Assembly: GCA_965649825.1 (NCBI GenBank)
Contig: OZ287695.1
Coordinates: 2,274,398 to 2,338,397 of the forward strand
Length of the DNA stretch: 64,000 nt
Direction: 5' to 3'
Source of the DNA: Penicillus capitatus
Lineage: Eukaryota > Plantae > Chlorophyta
Every line of letters begins with the position of its first letter. Within the stretch, counting starts at the first letter, position 1. The notes beneath the pieces were generated by a model. It was given only the letters and a program-made list of their open reading frames with translations. It ran no database searches and had not been told where the DNA came from. Both the position numbers and the translations under genes were made by a program. Shown piece by piece: positions 58,881-64,000 of the stretch.

Positions 58881-61800
58881 GAGCACGTTCTATACCGGAT
58901 GTAGAAGATATTCAAAGTGGGAGATAGAGAATCATGGGACCTAACCGCCGGGGCCTGAGGTTGATCTTACCCTTGAGTTCAAGAGCACGTGTTAAGGGGT
59001 AGAAAAAGTTCAAAACGAGGTATCCAACATGTTCAAAGTGGGTGATAGAGAATCATGGGACCTAACCGCCGGGGCCTGAGGTTGATCTTACCCTTAAGTT
59101 CATGAGCACGTTCTATACCGGATGTAGAAGATGTTCAAAGTGGGAGATAGAGAATCATGGGACCTAACCGCCGGGGCCTGAGGTTGATCTTACCCTTGAG
59201 TTCAAGAGCACGTGTTAAGGGGTAGAAAAAGTTCAAAACGAGGTATCCAACATGTTCAAAGTGGGTGATAGAGAATCATGGGACCTAACCGCCGGGGCCT
59301 GAGGTTGATCTTACCCTTAAGTTCATGAGCACGTTCTATACCGGATGTAGAAGATGTTCAAAGTGGGAGATAGAGAATCATGGGACCTAACCGCCGGGGC
59401 CTGAGGTTGATCTTACCCTTAAGTTCATGAGCACGTGTTAAGGGGTAGAAAAAGTTCAAAACGAGGTATCCAACATGTTCAAAGTGGGTGATAGAGAATC
59501 ATGGGACCTAACCGCCGGGGCCTGAGGTTGATCTTACCCTTAAGTTCATGAGCACGTTCTATACCGGATGTAGAAGATGTTCAAAGTGGGAGATAGAGAA
59601 TCATGGGACCTAACCGCCGGGGCCTGAGGTTGATCTTACCCTTGAGTTCAAGAGCACGTGTTAAGGGGTAGAAAAAGTTCAAAACGAGGTATCCAACATG
59701 TTCAAAGTGGGTGATAGAGAATCATGGGACCTAACCGCCGGGGCCTGAGGTTGATCTTACCCTTAAGTTCATGAGCACGTTCTATACCGGATGTAGAAGA
59801 TGTTCAAAGTGGGAGATAGAGAATCATGGGACCTAACCGCCGGGGCCTGAGGTTGATCTTACCCTTGAGTTCAAGAGCACGTGTTAAGGGGTAGAAAAAG
59901 TTCAAAACGAGGTATCCAACATGTTCAAAGTGGGTGATAGAGAATCATGGGACCTAACCGCCGGGGCCTGAGGTTGATCTTACCCTTAAGTTCATGAGCA
60001 CGTTCTATACCGGATGTAGAAGATGTTCAAAGTGGGAGATAGAGAATCATGGGACCTAACCGCCGGGGCCTGAGGTTGATCTTACCCTTGAGTTCAAGAG
60101 CACGTGTTAAGGGGTAGAAAAAGTTCAAAACGAGGTATCCAACATGTTCAAAGTGGGTGATAGAGAATCATGGGACCTAACCGCCGGGGCCTGAGGTTGA
60201 TCTTACCCTTAAGTTCATGAGCACGTTCTATACCGGATGTAGAAGATGTTCAAAGTGGGAGATAGAGAATCATGGGACCTAACCGCCGGGGCCTGAGGTT
60301 GATCTTACCCTTGAGTTCAAGAGCACGTGTTAAGGGGTAGAAAAAGTTCAAAACGAGGTATCCAACATGTTCAAAGTGGGTGATAGAGAATCATGGGACC
60401 TAACCGCCGGGGCCTGAGGTTGATCTTACCCTTAAGTTCATGAGCACGTTCTATACCGGATGTAGAAGATGTTCAAAGTGGGAGATAGAGAATCATGGGA
60501 CCTAACCGCCGGGGCCTGAGGTTGATCTTACCCTTGAGTTCAAGAGCACGTGTTAAGGGGTAGAAAAAGTTCAAAACGAGGTATCCAACATGTTCAAAGT
60601 GGGTGATAGAGAATCATGGGACCTAACCGCCGGGGCCTGAGGTTGATCTTACCCTTAAGTTCATGAGCACGTTCTATACCGGATGTAGAAGATGTTCAAA
60701 GTGGGAGATAGAGAATCATGGGACCTAACCGCCGGGGCCTGAGGTTGATCTTACCCTTGAGTTCAAGAGCACGTGTTAAGGGGTAGAAAAAGTTCAAAAC
60801 GAGGTATCCAACATGTTCAAAGTGGGTGATAGAGAATCATGGGACCTAACCGCCGGGGCCTGAGGTTGATCTTACCCTTAAGTTCATGAGCACGTTCTAT
60901 ACCGGATGTAGAAGATGTTCAAAGTGGGAGATAGAGAATCATGGGACCTAACCGCCGGGGCCTGAGGTTGATCTTACCCTTGAGTTCAAGAGCACGTGTT
61001 AAGGGGTAGAAAAAGTTCAAAACGAGGTATCCAACATGTTCAAAGTGGGTGATAGAGAATCATGGGACCTAACCGCCGGGGCCTGAGGTTGATCTTACCC
61101 TTAAGTTCATGAGCACGTTCTATACCGGATGTAGAAGATGTTCAAAGTGGGAGATAGAGAATCATGGGACCTAACCGCCGGGGCCTGAGGTTGATCTTAC
61201 CCTTGAGTTCAAGAGCACGTGTTAAGGGGTAGAAAAAGTTCAAAACGAGGTATCCAACATGTTCAAAGTGGGTGATAGAGAATCATGGGACCTAACCGCC
61301 GGGGCCTGAGGTTGATCTTACCCTTAAGTTCATGAGCACGTTCTATACCGGATGTAGAAGATGTTCAAAGTGGGAGATAGAGAATCATGGGACCTAACCG
61401 CCGGGGCCTGAGGTTGATCTTACCCTTGAGTTCAAGAGCACGTGTTAAGGGGTAGAAAAAGTTCAAAACGAGGTATCCAACATGTTCAAAGTGGGTGATA
61501 GAGAATCATGGGACCTAACCGCCGGGGCCTGAGGTTGATCTTACCCTTAAGTTCATGAGCACGTTCTATACCGGATGTAGAAGATGTTCAAAGTGGGAGA
61601 TAGAGAATCATGGGACCTAACCGCCGGGGCCTGAGGTTGATCTTACCCTTGAGTTCAAGAGCACGTGTTAAGGGGTAGAAAAAGTTCAAAACGAGGTATC
61701 CAACATGTTCAAAGTGGGTGATAGAGAATCATGGGACCTAACCGCCGGGGCCTGAGGTTGATCTTACCCTTAAGTTCATGAGCACGTTCTATACCGGATG

Positions 61801-63682
61801 TAGAAGATGTTCAAAGTGGGAGATAGAGAATCATGGGACCTAACCGCCGGGGCCTGAGGTTGATCTTACCCTTGAGTTCAAGAGCACGTGTTAAGGGGTA
61901 GAAAAAGTTCAAAACGAGGTATCCAACATGTTCAAAGTGGGTGATAGAGAATCATGGGACCTAACCGCCGGGGCCTGAGGTTGATCTTACCCTTAAGTTC
62001 ATGAGCACGTTCTATACCGGATGTAGAAGATGTTCAAAGTGGGAGATAGAGAATCATGGGACCTAACCGCCGGGGCCTGAGGTTGATCTTACCCTTGAGT
62101 TCAAGAGCACGTGTTAAGGGGTAGAAAAAGTTCAAAACGAGGTATCCAACATGTTCAAAGTGGGTGATAGAGAATCATGGGACCTAACCGCCGGGGCCTG
62201 AGGTTGATCTTACCCTTAAGTTCATGAGCACGTTCTATACCGGATGTAGAAGATGTTCAAAGTGGGAGATAGAGAATCATGGGACCTAACCGCCGGGGCC
62301 TGAGGTTGATCTTACCCTTGAGTTCAAGAGCACGTGTTAAGGGGTAGAAAAAGTTCAAAACGAGGTATCCAACATGTTCAAAGTGGGTGATAGAGAATCA
62401 TGGGACCTAACCGCCGGGGCCTGAGGTTGATCTTACCCTTAAGTTCATGAGCACGTTCTATACCGGATGTAGAAGATGTTCAAAGTGGGAGATAGAGAAT
62501 CATGGGACCTAACCGCCGGGGCCTGAGGTTGATCTTACCCTTGAGTTCAAGAGCACGTGTTAAGGGGTAGAAAAAGTTCAAAACGAGGTATCCAACATGT
62601 TCAAAGTGGGTGATAGAGAATCATGGGACCTAACCGCCGGGGCCTGAGGTTGATCTTACCCTTAAGTTCATGAGCACGTTCTATACCGGATGTAGAAGAT
62701 GTTCAAAGTGGGAGATAGAGAATCATGGGACCTAACCGCCGGGGCCTGAGGTTGATCTTACCCTTGAGTTCAAGAGCACGTGTTAAGGGGTAGAAAAAGT
62801 TCAAAACGAGGTATCCAACATGTTCAAAGTGGGTGATAGAGAATCATGGGACCTAACCGCCGGGGCCTGAGGTTGATCTTACCCTTAAGTTCATGAGCAC
62901 GTTCTATACCGGATGTAGAAGATGTTCAAAGTGGGAGATAGAGAATCATGGGACCTAACCGCCGGGGCCTGAGGTTGATCTTACCCTTGAGTTCAAGAGC
63001 ACGTGTTAAGGGGTAGAAAAAGTTCAAAACGAGGTATCCAACATGTTCAAAGTGGGTGATAGAGAATCATGGGACCTAACCGCCGGGGCCTGAGGTTGAT
63101 CTTACCCTTAAGTTCATGAGCACGTTCTATACCGGATGTAGAAGATGTTCAAAGTGGGAGATAGAGAATCATGGGACCTAACCGCCGGGGCCTGAGGTTG
63201 ATCTTACCCTTGAGTTCAAGAGCACGTGTTAAGGGGTAGAAAAAGTTCAAAACGAGGTATCCAACATGTTCAAAGTGGGTGATAGAGAATCATGGGACCT
63301 AACCGCCGGGGCCTGAGGTTGATCTTACCCTTAAGTTCATGAGCACGTTCTATACCGGATGTAGAAGATGTTCAAAGTGGGAGATAGAGAATCATGGGAC
63401 CTAACCGCCGGGGCCTGAGGTTGATCTTACCCTTGAGTTCAAGAGCACGTGTTAAGGGTAGAAAAAGTTCAAAACGAGGTATCCAACATGTTCAAAGTGG
63501 GTGATAGAGAATCATGGGACCTAACCGCCGGGGCCTGAGGTTGATCTTACCCTTAAGTTCATGAGCACGTTCTATACCGGATGTAGAAGATGTTCAAAGT
63601 GGGAGATAGAGAATCATGGGACCTAACCGCCGGGCCTGAGGTTGATCTTACCCTTGAGTTCAAGAGCACGTGTTAAGGGGTA
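58881..63682. repeat. Tandem satellite with higher-order structure: 223-bp dimer = A (102 bp) + B (121 bp), about 21.5 copies
   Basis: A units start at 58881, 59104, 59327 and on to 63341 (period 223). The shared 83-bp core ATGTTCAAAGTGGG[A/T]GATAGAG...CTT[G/A]AGTTCA[A/T]GAGCACGT alternates with linkers TCTATACCGGATGTAGAAG (19 bp) and GTTAAGGGGTAGAAAAAGTTCAAAACGAGGTATCCAAC (38 bp). Confidence 0.97.
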
Positions 63683-64000
63683 AACTTGGAAGCTTTTGCC
63701 CAATTGCACGCCCTTAAGGCGCCGGAAAACCTCAAGGATCGTATCATGGCCAAGATCAAGCAAGAGAAAAGAGAGGGCAACAAGTTTTACCGATGGGCCA
63801 TTGCCGCCAGTTTTATTGCCTTTGTCTCCATTGGAGCCTCCTATTTCTTCTACCACCAAAACAAGGATCTGCAAGAGAAGAATTCCATGGTGAGCAACCA
63901 AATCAAAAATTTGGAGATGGACATGAAGGTGCAGCTTGAAGACATTCGGAACCAGTATATAGTGCTGAACAACCCCAACACCAAAAGGTATCAGGTGAAG
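63683..64000 (+). CDS. Bacterial-type anti-sigma factor (RskA-like, Bacteroidota-like), truncated at 5' end and running off the window
   Basis: Open 106-codon frame absent from the ORF track: NLEAFAQLHALKAPENLKDRIMAKIKQE..FYRWAIAASFIAFVSIGASYFFY (single TM)..coiled coil..LNNPNTKRYQVK. There is no intron, and an in-frame TAA at 63674-63676 lies in the repeat. Confidence 0.75.

Noticed and set aside
58881-63682. CRISPR array (conserved repeat plus spacers)
   Set aside because: The 83-bp core is too long, the spacers are only two invariant alternating sequences, no cas genes are present, and the context is eukaryotic.
58881-63682. Hammerhead/retrozyme, 5S rDNA, tRNA or telomeric repeat array; repeat-encoded protein
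   Set aside because: I found no CUGANGA/GAAA core on either strand, no 5S or tRNA structure, and no tandem TTAGGG/TTTAGGG. The 223-bp period is not a multiple of 3 and stop codons recur. An Rfam search would still be needed to exclude other ribozymes.
63623-63901. Minus-strand 92-aa ORF and plus-strand ORF 63696-63893 from the ORF track
   Set aside because: These are shadow frames of the anti-sigma CDS, which lies in the frame starting at 63683.

Overview
Eukaryotic green-algal (chlorophyte-type) nuclear DNA: compact and gene-dense, with many short (mostly ~50-70 nt) spliceosomal introns, the standard genetic code and plastid-targeted genes (LPA1, SufS, PsaK, ATP sulfurylase, Tic110). The window has four parts. 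(1) 1-38.4 kb holds about 22 tightly packed conserved genes plus tRNA-Arg(UCU). (2) About 38.5-48 kb is an accessory island of orphan or decayed ORFs around a nearly intronless 1166-aa NACHT (STAND/NLR-like) gene. (3) 48-57.4 kb returns to conserved genes (ATP sulfurylase, YqiA-like esterase, a two-DTG aspartyl protease, Tic110). (4) 58,881-63,682 is a near-perfect 4.8-kb array of a 223-bp dimer (an 83-bp core alternating with fixed 19- and 38-bp linkers). The array joins abruptly to a 5'-truncated, bacterial-looking (Bacteroidota-like) anti-sigma-factor CDS at the window end, which is either an assembly chimera or a horizontal insertion. Spans for intron-containing genes run from the inferred start codon to the stop. 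They were spliced by eye, so starts are approximate. Family assignments come from motif recognition, not database searches.
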